A DNA stretch of 64,000 nt, from NCBI GenBank assembly GCA_964057225.1, contig OZ059896.1:21452001-21516000 (forward strand). The letters run 5' to 3'. Positions within the stretch are counted from its first letter, which is position 1. The number at the start of each line of letters is the position of its first letter. The notes beneath the pieces are model-generated. The model ran no database searches and was not told the DNA's origin. It worked only from the letters and a program-made list of their open reading frames with translations. The stretch is from Auanema rhodensis (Eukaryota > Animalia > Nematoda). Of this stretch, positions 10,901 through 26,000 are shown in pieces. The position numbers and the translations under genes are program-made.

Positions 10901-13002
10901 TTTTAGATTCCTTTTTTTAAGGCAAAGACGATGGACGATGTTATTCAACGAAAAAATTAATTCTTCAGGGTGAAAATCGAGGATATAAGTGTGAACTTAT
11001 ATCAGTTGATATCTCGGTGCATTTTTAAGCTAGCGCAAATCTGATAACACAGATCGACGCAGCTTAAAAATCCGCATCGAATGCACTATACTACATTGAG
11101 AAACGCTTAATACAAAAATTAGTTATGATCGTTTGAAAAATGATGCATTAGTGTATGTTGAGTTTCCATGTACACTCAACATTGCTTCCAAAAACATTTT
11201 GACAAAAATTTTTTCGAAAAATTTCAAAATAATTTAGCAAAAAGTAGATGTTTTTAGATTCCTTTTTTTAAGGCAAAGACGATGGACGATGTTATTCAAC
11301 GAAAAAATCAATTCTTCAGGGTGAAAATCGAGGATATAAGTGTGAACTTATATCAGTTGATATCTCGGTGCATTTTTAAGCTAGCGCAAATCTGATAACA
11401 CAGATCGACGCAGCTTAAAAATCCGCATCGAATGCACTATACTACATTGAGAAACGCTTAATACAAAAAATAGTTATGATCGTTTGAAAAATGATGCATT
11501 AGTGTATGTTGAGTTTCCATGTACACTCAACATTGCTTCCAAAAACATTTTGACAAAATTTTTTTCGAAAATTTTCAAAATAATTTAGCAAAAAGTAGAT
11601 GTTTTTAGATTCCTTTTTTAAAGGCAAAGACGATGAACAATGTTATTCAACGAAAAAATCAATTCTTCAGGGTGAAAATCGAGGATATAAGTGTGAACTT
11701 ATATCAGTTGATATCTCGGTGCATTTTTAAGCTAGCGCAAATCTGATAACACAGATCGACGCAGCTTGAAAATCCGCATCGAATGTACTATACTACATTG
11801 AGAAACGCTTAATACAAAAATTAGTTATGATCGTTTGAAAAATGATGCCTTAGTGTATGTTGAGTTTCCATGTACACTCAACATTGCTTCCAAAAACATT
11901 TTGACAAAAATTTTTTCGAAAAATTTCAAAATAATTTAGCAAAAAGTAGATGTTTTTAGATTCCTTTTTTCAAGGCAAAGACGATGGACAATGTTATTCA
12001 ACGAAAAAATTAATTCTTCAGGGTGAAAATCGAGGATATAAGTGTGAACTTATATCAGTTGATATCTCGGTGCATTTTTAAGCTAGCGCAAATCTGATAA
12101 CACAGATCGACGCAGCTTAAAAATCCGCATCGAATGCACTTTACTACTTTGAGAAACGCTTAATACAAAAGTTAGTTATGATCGTTTGAAAATTGATGCA
12201 TTAGTGTATGTTGAGTTTCCATGTACACTCAACATTGCTTCCAAAAACATTTTGACAAAAGTTTTTTCGAAAAATTTCAAAATAATTTAGCGAAAAGTAG
12301 ATGTTTTTAGATTCCTTTTTTCAAGGCAAAGACGATGGACAATGTTATTCAACAAAAAAATTAATTCTTCAGGGTGAAAATCGAGGATATAAGTGTGCAC
12401 TTATATCAGTTGATATCTCGGTGCATTTTTAAGCTAGCGCAAATCTGATAACACAGATCGACGCAGCTTAAAAATCCGCATCGAATGCACTATACTACAT
12501 TGAGAAACGCTCAATACAAAAATTAGTTATGATCGTTTGAAAAATGATGCCTTAGTGTATTTTGAGTTTCCATGTACACTCAACATTGCTTCCAAAAACA
12601 TTTTGACAAAAATTTTTTCGAAAAATTTCAAGATAATTTAGCAAAAAGTAGATGTTTTTAGATTCCTTTTTTTAAGGCAAAGACGATGGACAATGTTATT
12701 CAACAAAAAAATTTATTCTTCAGGGTGAAAATCGAGGATATAAGTGTGCACTTATATCAGTTGATATCTCGGTGCATTTTTAAGCTAGCGCAAATCTGAT
12801 AACACAGATCGACGAAGCTTAAAAATCCGCATCGAATGCACTATACTACATTGAGAAACGCTTAATACAAAAATTAGTTATGATCGTTTGAAAAATGATG
12901 CCTTAGTGTATGTTGAGTTTCCATGTACACTCAACATTGCTTCCAAAAACATTTTGACAAAAATTTTTTCGAAAAATTTCAAAATAATTTAGCAAAAAGT
13001 AG

Positions 13003-13242
13003 ATGTTTTTAGATTCCTTTTTTCAAGGCAAAGACGATGGACAATGTTATTCAACGAAAAAATTAATTCTTCAGGGTGAAAATCGAGGATATAAGTGTGC
13101 ACTTATATCAGTTGATATCTTGGTGCATTTTCAAGCTAGCGCAAATCTGATAACACAGATCGACGCAGCTCAAAAATCCGCATCGAATGCACTATACTAC
13201 ATTGAGAATCGCTTAATACAAAAATTAGTTATGATCGTTTGA
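13003..13242 (+). other. 79-codon ORF in a variant satellite monomer; probably not a gene
   Basis: Monomer positions 16-255. Open only because codons at 37, 145 and 184 are CAA rather than TAA. No recognisable domain. Confidence refers to it being a functional coding sequence. Confidence 0.08.
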
Positions 13243-15108
13243 AAATTGATGCATTAGTGTATGTTGAGTTTCCATGTACACTCAACATTGCTTCCAAAAA
13301 CATTTTGACAAAAACTTTTTCGAAAAATTTCAAAATAATTTAGCAAAAAGTAGATGTTTTTAGATTCCTTTTTTCAAGGCAAAGACGATGGACAATGTTA
13401 TTCAACGAAAAAATTAATTCTTCAGGGTGAAAATCGAGGATATAAGTGTGAACTTATATCAGTTGATATCTCGGTGCATTTTTAAGCTAGCGCAAATCTG
13501 ATAACACAGATCGACGCAGCTTAAAAATCCGCATCGAATGCACTTTACTACTTTGAGAAACGCTTAATACAAAAGTTAGTTATGATCGTTTGAAAATTGA
13601 TGCATTAGTGTATGTTGAGTTTCCATGTACACTCAACATTGCTTCCAAAAACATTTTGACAAAAGTTTTTTCGAAAAATTTCAAAATAATTTAGCAAAAA
13701 GTAGATGTTTTCAGATTCCTTTTTTCAAGGCAAAGACGATGGACAATGTTATTCAACAAAAAAATTAATTCTTCAGGGTGAAAATCGAGGATATAAGTGT
13801 GAACTTATATCAGTTGATATCTCGGTGCATTTTTAAGCTAGCGCAAATCTGATAACACAGATCGACGCAGCTTGAAAATCCGCATCGAATGTACTATACT
13901 ACATTGAGAAACGCTTAATACAAAAATTAGTTATGATCGTTTGAAAATTGATGCATTAGTGTATGTTGAGTTTCCATGTACACTCAACATTGCTTCCAAA
14001 AACATTTTGACAAAAATTTTTTCGAAAAATTTCAAGATAATTTAGCAAAAAGTAGATGTTTTTAGATTCCTTTTTTCAAGGCAAAGACGATGGACAATGT
14101 TATTCAACGAAAAAATTAATTCTTCAGGGTGAAAATCGAGGATATAAGTGTGAACTTATATCAGTTGATATCTCGGTGCATTTTTAAGCTAGCGCAAATC
14201 TGATAACACAGATCGACGCAGCTTAAAAATCCGCATCGAATGCACTTTACTACTTTGAGAAACGCTTAATACAAAAGTTAGTTATGATCGTTTGAAAATT
14301 GATGCATTAGTGTATGTTGAGTTTCCATGTACACTCAACATTGCTTCCAAAAACATTTTGACAAAAATTTTTTCGAAAAATTTCAAAATAATTTAGCAAA
14401 AAGTAGATGTTTTTAGATTCCTTTTTTCAAGGCAAAGACGATGGACAATGTTATTCAACAAAAAAATTATTTCTTCAGGGTGAAAATCGAGGATATAAGT
14501 GTGCACTTATATCAGTTGATATCTCGGTGCATTTTTAAGCTAGCGCAAATCTGATAACACAGATCGACGCAGCTTAAAAATCCGCATCGAATGCACTATA
14601 CTACATTGAGAAACGCTCAATACAAAAATTAGTTATGATCGTTTGAAAAATGATGCCTTAGTGTATTTTGAGTTTCCATGTACACTCAACATTGCTTCCA
14701 AAAACATTTTGACAAAAATTTTTTCGAAAAATTTCAAAATAATTTAGCAAAAAGTAGATGTTTTTAGATTCCTTTTTTTAAGGCAAAGACGATGGACAAT
14801 GTTATTCAACAAAAAAATTTATTCTTCAGGGTGAAAATCGAGGATATAAGTGTGCACTTATATCAGTTGATATCTCGGTGCATTTTTAAGCTAGCGCAAA
14901 TCTGATAACACAGATCGACGAAGCTTAAAAATCCGCATCGAATGCACTATACTACATTGAGAAACGCTTAATACAAAAATTAGTTATGATCGTTTGAAAA
15001 ATGATGCCTTAGTGTATGTTGAGTTTCCATGTACACTCAACATTGCTTCCAAAAACATTTTGACAAAAATTTTTTCGAAAAATTTCAAAATAATTTAGCA
15101 AAAAGTAG

Positions 15109-15348
15109 ATGTTTTTAGATTCCTTTTTTCAAGGCAAAGACGATGGACAATGTTATTCAACGAAAAAATTAATTCTTCAGGGTGAAAATCGAGGATATAA
15201 GTGTGCACTTATATCAGTTGATATCTTGGTGCATTTTCAAACTAGCGCAAATCTGATAACACAGATCGACGCAGCTCAAAAATCCGCATCGAATGCACTA
15301 TACTACATTGAGAATCGCTTAATACAAAAATTAGTTATGATCGTTTGA
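15109..15348 (+). other. 79-codon ORF in a variant satellite monomer; probably not a gene
   Basis: Same ORF-type monomer, with a private A>T amino-acid change. Confidence 0.08.
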
Positions 15349-18300
15349 AAATTGATGCATTAGTGTATGTTGAGTTTCCATGTACACTCAACATTGCTTC
15401 CAAAAACATTTTGACAAAAACTTTTTCGAAAAATTTCAAAATAATTTAGCAAAAAGTAGATGTTTTTAGATTCCTTTTTTCAAGGCAAAGACGATGGACA
15501 ATGTTATTCAACGAAAAAATTAATTCTTCAGGGTGAAAATCGAGGATATAAGTGTGAACTTATATCAGTTGATATCTCGGTGCATTTTTAAGCTAGCGCA
15601 AATCTCATAACACAGATCGACGCAGCTTGAAAATCCGCATCGAATGCACTATACTACATTGAGAAACGCTTAATACAAAAATTAGTTATGATCGTTTGAA
15701 AAATGATGCCTTAGTGTATGTTGAGTTTCCATGTACACTCAACATTGCTTCCAAAAACATTTTGACAAAAACTTTTTCGAAAAATTTCAAAATAATTTAG
15801 CAAAAAGTAGATGTTTTTAGATTCCTTTTTTCAAGGCAAAGACGATGGACAATGTTATTCAACGAAAAAATTAATTCTTCAGGGTGAAAATCGAGGATAT
15901 AAGTGTGAACTTATATCAGTTGATATCTCGGTGCATTTTTAAGCTAGCGCAAAACTCATAACACAGATCGACGCAGCTTGAAAATCCGCATCGAATGCAC
16001 TATACTACATTGAGAAACGCTTAATACAAAAATTAGTTATGATCGTTTGAAAAATGATGCCTTAGTGTATGTTGAGTTTCCATGTACACTCAACATTGCT
16101 TCCAAAAACATTTTGACAAAATTTTTTTGAAACATTTCAAAATAATTTAGCAAAAAGTAGATGTTTTTAGATTCCTTTTTTCAAGGCAAAGACGATGGAC
16201 AATGTTATTCAACGAAAAAATTAATTCTTCAGGGTGAAAATCGAGGATATAAGTGTGAACTTATATCAGTTGATATCTCGGTGCATTTTTAAGCTAGCGC
16301 AAATCTGATAACACAGATCGATGCAGCTTAAAAATCCGCATCGAATGCACTTTACTACTTTGAGAAACGCTTAATACAAAAATTAGTTATGATCGTTTGA
16401 AAATTGATGCATTAGTGTATGTTGAGTTTCCATGTACACTCAACATTGCTTCCAAAAACATTTTGACAAAAACTTTTTCGAAAAATTTCAAAATAATTTA
16501 GCAAAAAGTAGATGTTTTTAGATTCCTTTTTTTAAGGCAAAGACGATGGACAATGTTATTCAACGAAAAAATTAATTCTTCAGGGTGAAAATCGAGGATA
16601 TAAGTGTGAACTTATATCAGTTGATATCTCGGTGCATTTTTAAGCTAGCGCAAATCTGATAACACAGATCGACGCAGCTTAAAAATCCGCATCGAATGCA
16701 CTTTACTACTTTGAGAAACGCTTAATACAAAAGTTAGTTATGATCGTTTGAAAAATGATGCCTTAGTGTATGTTGAGTTTCCATGTACACTCAACATTGC
16801 TTCCAAAAACATTTTGACAAAAATTTTTTCGAAAAATTTCAAAATAATTTAGCAAAAAGTAGATGTTTTTAGATTCCTTTTTTTAAGGCAAAGACGATGG
16901 ACAATGTTATTCAACGAAAAAATTAATTCTTCAGGGTGAAAATCGAGGATATAAGTGTGAACTTATATCAGTTGATATCTCGGTGCATTTTTAAGCTAGC
17001 GCAAATCTGATAACACAGATCGACGCAGCTTAAAAATCCGCATCGAATGCACTATACCACATTGAGAAACGCTTAATACAAAAATTAGTTATGATCGTTT
17101 GAAAAATGATGCATTAGTGTATGTTGAGTTTCCATGTACACTCAACATTGCTTCCAAAAACATTTTGACAAAAATTTTTTCGAAAAATTTCAAAATAATT
17201 TAGCAAAAAGTAGATGTTTTTAGATTCCTTTTTTCAAGGCAAAGACGATGGACAATGTTATTCAACAAAAAAATTAATTCTTCAGGGTGAAAATCGAGGA
17301 TATAAGTGTGCACTTATATCAGTTGATATCTCGGTGCATTTTTAAGCTAGCGCAAATCTGATAACACAGATCGACGCAGCTTAAAAATCCGCATCGAATG
17401 CACTATACTACATTGAGAAACGCTTAATACAAAAATTAGTTATGATCGTTTGAAAAATGATGCCTTAGTGTATTTTGAGTTTCCATGTACACTCAACATT
17501 GCTTCCAAAAACATTTTGACAAAAATTTTTTCGAAAAATTTCAAAATAATTTAGCAAAAAGTAGATGTTTTTAGATTCCTTTTTTCAAGGCAAAGACGAT
17601 GGACAATGTTATTCAACAAAAAAATTTATTCTTCAGGGTGAAAATCGAGGATATAAGTGTGCACTTATATCAGTTGATATCTCGGTGCATTTTTAAGCTA
17701 GCGCAAATCTGATAACACAGATCGACGCAGCTTGAAAATCCGCATCGAATGTACTATACTACATTAAGAAACGCTTAATACAAAAATTAGTTATGATCGT
17801 TTGAAAAATGATGCCTTAGTGTATGTTGAGTTTCCATGTACACTCAACATTGCTTCCAAAAACATTTTGACAAAAATTTTTTCGAAAAATTTCAAAATAA
17901 TTTAGCAAAAAGTAGATGTTTTTAGATTCCTTTTTTTTAAGGCAAAGACGATGGACAATGTTATTCAACGAAAAAATTAATTCTTCAGGGTGAAAATCGA
18001 GGATATAAGTGTGAACTTATATCAGTTGATATCTCGGTGCATTTTTAAGCTAGCGCAAATCTGATAACACAGATCGACGCAGCTTAAAAATCCGCATCGA
18101 ATGCACTATACCACATTGAGAAACGCTTAATACAAAAATTAGTTATGATCGTTTGAAAAATGATGCATTAGTGTATGTTGAGTTTCCATGTACACTCAAC
18201 ATTGCTTCCAAAAACATTTTGACAAAAATTTTTTCGAAAAATTTCAAAATAATTTAGCAAAAAGTAGATGTTTTTAGATTCCTTTTTTCAAGGCAAAGAC

Positions 18301-20007
18301 GATGGACAATGTTATTCAACAAAAAATTTAATTCTTCAGGGTGAAAATCGAGGATATAAGTGTGCACTTATATCAGTTGATATCTCGGTGCATTTTTAAG
18401 CTAGCGCAAATCTGATAACACAGATCGACGCAGCTTAAAAATCCGCATCGAATGCACTATACTACATTGAGAAACGCTTAATACAAAAATTAGTTATGAT
18501 CGTTTGAAAAATGATGCCTTAGTGTATTTTGAGTTTCCATGTACACTCAACATTGCTTCCAAAAACATTTTGACAAAAATTTTTTCGAAAAATTTCAAAA
18601 TAATTTAGCAAAAAGTAGATGTTTTTAGATTCCTTTTTTCAAGGCAAAGACGATGGACAATGTTATTCAACAAAAAAATTTATTCTTCAGGGTGAAAATC
18701 GAGGATATAAGTGTGCACTTATATCAGTTGATATCTCGGTGCATTTTTAAGCTAGCGCAAATCTGATAACACAGATCGACGCAGCTTGAAAATCCGCATC
18801 GAATGTACTATACTACATTGAGAAACGCTTAATACAAAAATTAGTTATGATCGTTTGAAAAATGATGCCTTAGTGTATGTTGAGTTTCCATGTACACTCA
18901 ACATTGCTTCCAAAAACATTTTGACAAAAATTTTTTCGAAAAATTTCAAAATAATTTAGCAAAAAGTAGATATTTTTAGATTCCTTTTTTTAAGGCAAAG
19001 ACGATGGACAATGTTATTCAACGAAAAAATAAATTCTTCAGGGTGAAAATCGAGGATATAAGTGTGAACTTATAGCAGTTGATATCTCGGTGCATTTTTA
19101 AGCTTGCGCAAATCTGATAACACAGATCGACGCAGCTTAAAAATCCGCATCGAATGCACTATACTACATTGAGAAACGCTTAATACAAAAAATAGTTATG
19201 ATCGTTTGAAAAATGATGCATTAGTGTATGTTGAGTTTCCATGTACACTCAACATTGCTTCCAAAAACATTTTGACAAAAATTTTTTCGAAAAATTTCAA
19301 AATAATTTAGCAAAAAGTTGATGTTTTTAGATTCCTTTTTTTAAGGCAAAGACGATGGACGATGTTATTCAACGAAAAAATTAATTCTTCAGGGTGAAAA
19401 TCGAGGATATAAGTGTGAACTTATATCAGTTGATATCTCGGTGCATTTTTAAGCTAGCGCAAATCTGATAACACAGATCGACGCAGCTTAAAAATCCGCA
19501 TCGAATGCACTATACCACATTGAGAAACGCTTAATACAAAAATTAGTTATGATCGTTTGAAAAATGATGCATTAGTGTATGTTGAGTTTCCATGTACACT
19601 CAACATTGCTTCCAAAAACATTTTGACAAAAATTTTTTCGAAAAATTTCAAAATAATTTAGCAAAAAGTAGATGTTTTTAGATTCCTTTTTTTAAAGCAA
19701 AGACGATGGACGATGTTATTCAACGAAAAAATTAATTCTTCAGGGTGAAAATCGAGGATATAAGTGTGAACTTATATCAGTTGATATCTCGGTGCATTTT
19801 TAAGCTAGCGCAAATCTGATAACACAGATCGACGCAGCTTGAAAATCCGCATCGAATGTACTATACTACATTGAGAAACGCTTAATACAAAAATTAGTTA
19901 TGATCGTTTGAAAAATGATGCCTTAGTGTATGTTGAGTTTCCATGTACACTCAACATTGCTTCCAAAAACATTTTGACAAAAATTTTTTCGAAAAATTTC
20001 AAAATAA

Positions 20008-23000
20008 TTTAGCAAAAAGTAGATGTTTTTAGATTCCTTTTTTCAAGGCAAAGACGATGGACAATGTTATTCAACGAAAAAATTAATTCTTCAGGGTGAA
20101 AATCGAGGATATAAGTGTGAACTTATATCAGTTGATATCTCGGTGCATTTTTAAGCTAGCGCAAATCTGATAACACAGATCGACGCAGCTTAAAAATCCG
20201 CATCGAATGCACTATACCACATTGAAAAACGCTTAATACAAAAATTAGTTATGATCGTTTGAAAAATGATGCATTAGTGTATGTTGAGTTTCCATGTACA
20301 CTCAACATTGCTTCCAAAAACATTTTGACAAAAATTTTTTCGAAAAATTTCAAAATAATTTAGCAAAAAGTAGATGTTTTTAGATTCCTTTTTTTAAAGC
20401 AAAGACGATGGACGATGTTATTCAACGAAAAAATTTATTCTTCAGGGTGAAAATCGAGGATATAAGTGTGCACTTATATCAGTTGATATCTCGGTGCATT
20501 TTTAAGCTAGCGCAAATCTGATAACACAGATCGACGCAGCTTAAAAATCCGCATCGAATGCACTATACCACATTGAGAAACGCTTAATACAAAAATTAGT
20601 TATGATCGTTTGAAAAATGATGCATTAGTGTATGTTGAGTTTCCATGTACACTCAACATTGCTTCCAAAAACATTTTGACAAAAATTTTTTCGAAAAATT
20701 TCAAAATAATTTAGCAAAAAGTAGATGTTTTTAGATTCCTTTTTTTAAGGCAAAGACGATGGACAATGTTATTCAACGAAAAAATTAATTCTTCAGGGTG
20801 AAAATCGAGGATATAAGTGTGAACTTATATCAGTTGATATCTCGGTGCATTTTTAAGCTAGCGCAAATCTGATAACACAGATCGACGCAGCTTAAAAATC
20901 CGCATCGAATGCACTATACTACTTTGAGAAACGCTTAATACAAAAATTAGTTATGATCGTTTGAAAAATGATGCATTAGTGTATGTTGAGTTTTCATGTA
21001 CACTCAACATTGCTTCCAAAAACATTTTGACAAAAATTTTTTCGAAAAATTTCAAAATAATTTAGCAAAAAGTAGATGTTTTTAGATTCCTTTTTTTAAG
21101 GCAAAGACGATGGACAATGTTATTCAACGAAAAAATTAATTCTTCAGGGTGAAAATCGAGGATATAAGTGTGAACTTATATCAGTTGATATCTCGGTGCA
21201 TTTCTAAGCTAGCGCAAATCTGATAACACAGATCGACGCAGCTTAAAAATCCGCATCGAATGCACTATACCACATTGAGAAACGCTTAATACAAAAATTA
21301 GTTATGATCGTTTGAAAAATGATGCATTAGTGTATGTTGAGTTTCCATGTACACTCAACATTGCTTCCAAAAACATTTTGACAAAAATTTTTTCGAAAAA
21401 TTTCAAAATAATTTAGCAAAAAGTAGATGTTTTTAGATTCCTTTTTTTAAGGCAAAGACGATGGACGATGTTATTCAACGAAAAAATTAATTCTTCAGGG
21501 TGAAAATCGAGGATATAAGTGTGCACTTATATCAGTTGATATCTCGGTGCATTTTTAAGCTAGCGCAAATCTGATAACACAGATCGACGCAGCTTAAAAA
21601 TCCGCATCGAATGCACTATACTACATTGAGAAACGCTTAATACAAAAAATAGTTATGATCGTTTGAAAAATGATGCATTAGTGTATGTTGAGTTTCCATG
21701 TACACTCAACATTGCTTCCAAAAACATTTTGACAAAAATTTTTTCGAAAAATTTCAAAATAATTTAGCAAAAAGTAGATGTTTTTAGATTCCTTTTTTCA
21801 AGGCAAAGACGATGAACAATGTTATTCAACGAAAAAATCAATTCTTCAGGGTGAAAATCGAGGATATAAGTGTGAACTTATATCAGTTGATATCTCGGTG
21901 CATTTTTAAGCTAGCGCTAATCTGATAACACAGATCGACGCAGCTTGAAAATCCGCATCGAATGTACTATACTACATTGAGAAACGCTTGATACAAAAAT
22001 TAGTTATGATCGTTTGAAAAATGATGCATTAGTGTATGTTGAGTTTCCATGTACACTCAATATTGCTTCCAAAAACATTTTGACAAAAATTTTTTCGAAA
22101 AATTTCAAAATAATTTAGCAAAAAGTAGATGTTTTTAGATTCCTTTTTTCAAGGCAAAGACGATGGACAATGTTATTCAACGAAAAAATTAATTCTTCAG
22201 GGTGAAAATCGAGGATATAAGTGTGAACTTATATCAGTTGATATCTCGGTGCATTTTTAAGCTAGCGCAAATCTGATAACACAGATCGACGCAGCTTAAA
22301 AATCCGCATCGAATGCACTATACCACATTGAGAAACGCTTAATACAAAAATTAGTTATGATCGTTTGAAAAATGATGCATTAGTGTATGTTGAGTTTCCA
22401 TGTACACTCAACATTGCTTCCAAAAACATTTTGACAAAAATTTTTTCGAAAAATTTCAAAATAATTTAGCAAAAAGTAGATGTTTTTAGATTCCTTTTTT
22501 TAAGGCAAAGACGATGGACGATGTTATTCAACGAAAAAATTAATTCTTCAGGGTGAAAATCGAGGATATAAGTGTGAACTTATATCAGTTGATATCTCGG
22601 TGCATTTTTAAGCTAGCGCAAATCTGATAACACAGATCGACGCAGCTTGAAAATCCGCATCGAATGTACTATACTACATTGAGAAACGCTTAATACAAAA
22701 ATTAGTTATGATCGTTTGAAAAATGATGCCTTAGTGTATGTTGAGTTTCCATGTACACTCAACATTGCTTCCAAAAACATTTTGACAAAAATTTTTTCGA
22801 AAAATTTCAAAATAATTTAGCAAAAAGTAGATGTTTTTAGATTCCTTTTTTCAAGGCAAAGACGATGGACAATGTTATTCAACGAAAAAATTAATTCTTC
22901 AGGGTGAAAATCGAGGATATAAGTGTGAACTTATATCAGTTGATATCTCGGTGCATTTTTAAGCTAGCGCAAATCTGATAACACAGATCGACGCAGCTTA

Positions 23001-26000
23001 AAAATCCGCATCGAATGCACTATACCACATTGAGAAACGCTTAATACAAAAATTAGTTATGATCGTTTGAAAAATGATGCATTAGTGTATGTTGAGTTTC
23101 CATGTACACTCAACATTGCTTCCAAAAACATTTTGACAAAAATTTTTTCGAAAAATTTCAAAATAATTTAGCAAAAAGTAGATGTTTTTAGATTCCTTTT
23201 TTCAAGGCAAAGACGATGAACAATGTTATTCAACGAAAAAATCAATTCTTCAGGGTGAAAATCGAGGATATAAGTGTGAACTTATATCAGTTGATATCTC
23301 GGTGCATTTTTAAGCTAGCGCTAATCTGATAACACAGATCGACGCAGCTTGAAAATCCGCATCGAATGTACTATACTACATTGAGAAACGCTTGATACAA
23401 AAATTAGTTATGATCGTTTGAAAAATGATGCATTAGTGTATGTTGAGTTTCCATGTACACTCAATATTGCTTCCAAAAACATTTTGACAAAAATTTTTTC
23501 GAAAAATTTCAAAATAATTTAGCAAAAAGTAGATGTTTTTAGATTCCTTTTTTCAAGGCAAAGACGATGGACAATGTTATTCAACGAAAAAATTAATTCT
23601 TCAGGGTGAAAATCGAGGATATAAGTGTGAACTTATATCAGTTGATATCTCGGTGCATTTTTAAGCTAGCGCAAATCTGATAACACAGATCGACGCAGCT
23701 TAAAAATCCGCATCGAATGCACTATACCACATTGAGAAACGCTTAATACAAAAATTAGTTATGATCGTTTGAAAAATGATGCATTAGTGTATGTTGAGTT
23801 TCCATGTACACTCAACATTGCTTCCAAAAACATTTTGACAAAAATTTTTTCGAAAAATTTCAAAATAATTTAGCAAAAAGTAGATGTTTTTAGATTCCTT
23901 TTTTTAAGGCAAAGACGATGGACGATGTTATTCAACGAAAAAATTAATTCTTCAGGGTGAAAATCGAGGATATAAGTGTGAACTTATATCAGTTGATATC
24001 TCGGTGCATTTTTAAGCTAGCGCAAATCTGATAACACAGATCGACGCAGCTTGAAAATCCGCATCGAATGTACTATACTACATTGAGAAACGCTTAATAC
24101 AAAAATTAGTTATGATCGTTTGAAAAATGATGCCTTAGTGTATGTTGAGTTTCCATGTACACTCAACATTGCTTCCAAAAACATTTTGACAAAAATTTTT
24201 TCGAAAAATTTCAAAATAATTTAGCAAAAAGTAGATGTTTTTAGATTCCTTTTTTCAAGGCAAAGACGATGGACAATGTTATTCAACGAAAAAATTAATT
24301 CTTCAGGGTGAAAATCGAGGATATAAGTGTGAACTTATATCAGTTGATATCTCGGTGCATTTTTAAGCTAGCGCAAATCTGATAACACAGATCGACGCAG
24401 CTTAAAAATCCGCATCGAATGCACTATACCACATTGAAAAACGCTTAATACAAAAATTAGTTATGATCGTTTGAAAAATGATGCATTAGTGTATGTTGAG
24501 TTTCCATGTACACTCAACATTGCTTCCAAAAACATTTTGACAAAAATTTTTTCGAAAAATTTCAAAATAATTTAGCAAAAAGTAGATGTTTTTAGATTCC
24601 TTTTTTTAAAGCAAAGACGATGGACGATGTTATTCAACGAAAAAATTTATTCTTCAGGGTGAAAATCGAGGATATAAGTGTGCACTTATATCAGTTGATA
24701 TCTCGGTGCATTTTTAAGCTAGCGCAAATCTGATAACACAGATCGACGCAGCTTAAAAATCCGCATCGAATGCACTATACCACATTGAGAAACGCTTAAT
24801 ACAAAAATTAGTTATGATCGTTTGAAAAATGATGCATTAGTGTATGTTGAGTTTCCATGTACACTCAACATTGCTTCCAAAAACATTTTGACAAAAATTT
24901 TTTCGAAAAATTTCAAAATAATTTAGCAAAAAGTAGATGTTTTTAGATTCCTTTTTTTAAGGCAAAGACGATGGACAATGTTATTCAACGAAAAAATTAA
25001 TTCTTCAGGGTGAAAATCGAGGATATAAGTGTGAACTTATATCAGTTGATATCTCGGTGCATTTTTAAGCTAGCGCAAATCTGATAACACAGATCGACGC
25101 AGCTTAAAAATCCGCATCGAATGCACTATACTACTTTGAGAAACGCTTAATACAAAAATTAGTTATGATCGTTTGAAAAATGATGCATTAGTGTATGTTG
25201 AGTTTTCATGTACACTCAACATTGCTTCCAAAAACATTTTGACAAAAATTTTTTCGAAAAATTTCAAAATAATTTAGCAAAAAGTAGATGTTTTTAGATT
25301 CCTTTTTTTAAGGCAAAGACGATGGACAATGTTATTCAACGAAAAAATTAATTCTTCAGGGTGAAAATCGAGGATATAAGTGTGAACTTATATCAGTTGA
25401 TATCTCGGTGCATTTCTAAGCTAGCGCAAATCTGATAACACAGATCGACGCAGCTTAAAAATCCGCATCGAATGCACTATACCACATTGAGAAACGCTTA
25501 ATACAAAAATTAGTTATGATCGTTTGAAAAATGATGCATTAGTGTATGTTGAGTTTCCATGTACACTCAACATTGCTTCCAAAAACATTTTGACAAAAAT
25601 TTTTTCGAAAAATTTCAAAATAATTTAGCAAAAAGTAGATGTTTTTAGATTCCTTTTTTTAAGGCAAAGACGATGGACGATGTTATTCAACGAAAAAATT
25701 AATTCTTCAGGGTGAAAATCGAGGATATAAGTGTGCACTTATATCAGTTGATATCTCGGTGCATTTTTAAGCTAGCGCAAATCTGATAACACAGATCGAC
25801 GCAGCTTAAAAATCCGCATCGAATGCACTATACTACATTGAGAAACGCTTAATACAAAAAATAGTTATGATCGTTTGAAAAATGATGCATTAGTGTATGT
25901 TGAGTTTCCATGTACACTCAACATTGCTTCCAAAAACATTTTGACAAAAATTTTTTCGAAAAATTTCAAAATAATTTAGCAAAAAGTAGATGTTTTTAGA

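Larger units (their letters stand above)
11935..15444 (+). repeat. Local 6-monomer higher-order repeat (2106-bp period) carrying the ORF-type monomer
   Basis: Copies 35-38 recur as 41-44 (CACTTTACTACTTTG type; CTCAAT/TATTTT type; TTTATT/GACGAA type; ORF type at 12988 and 15094). Confidence 0.8.
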
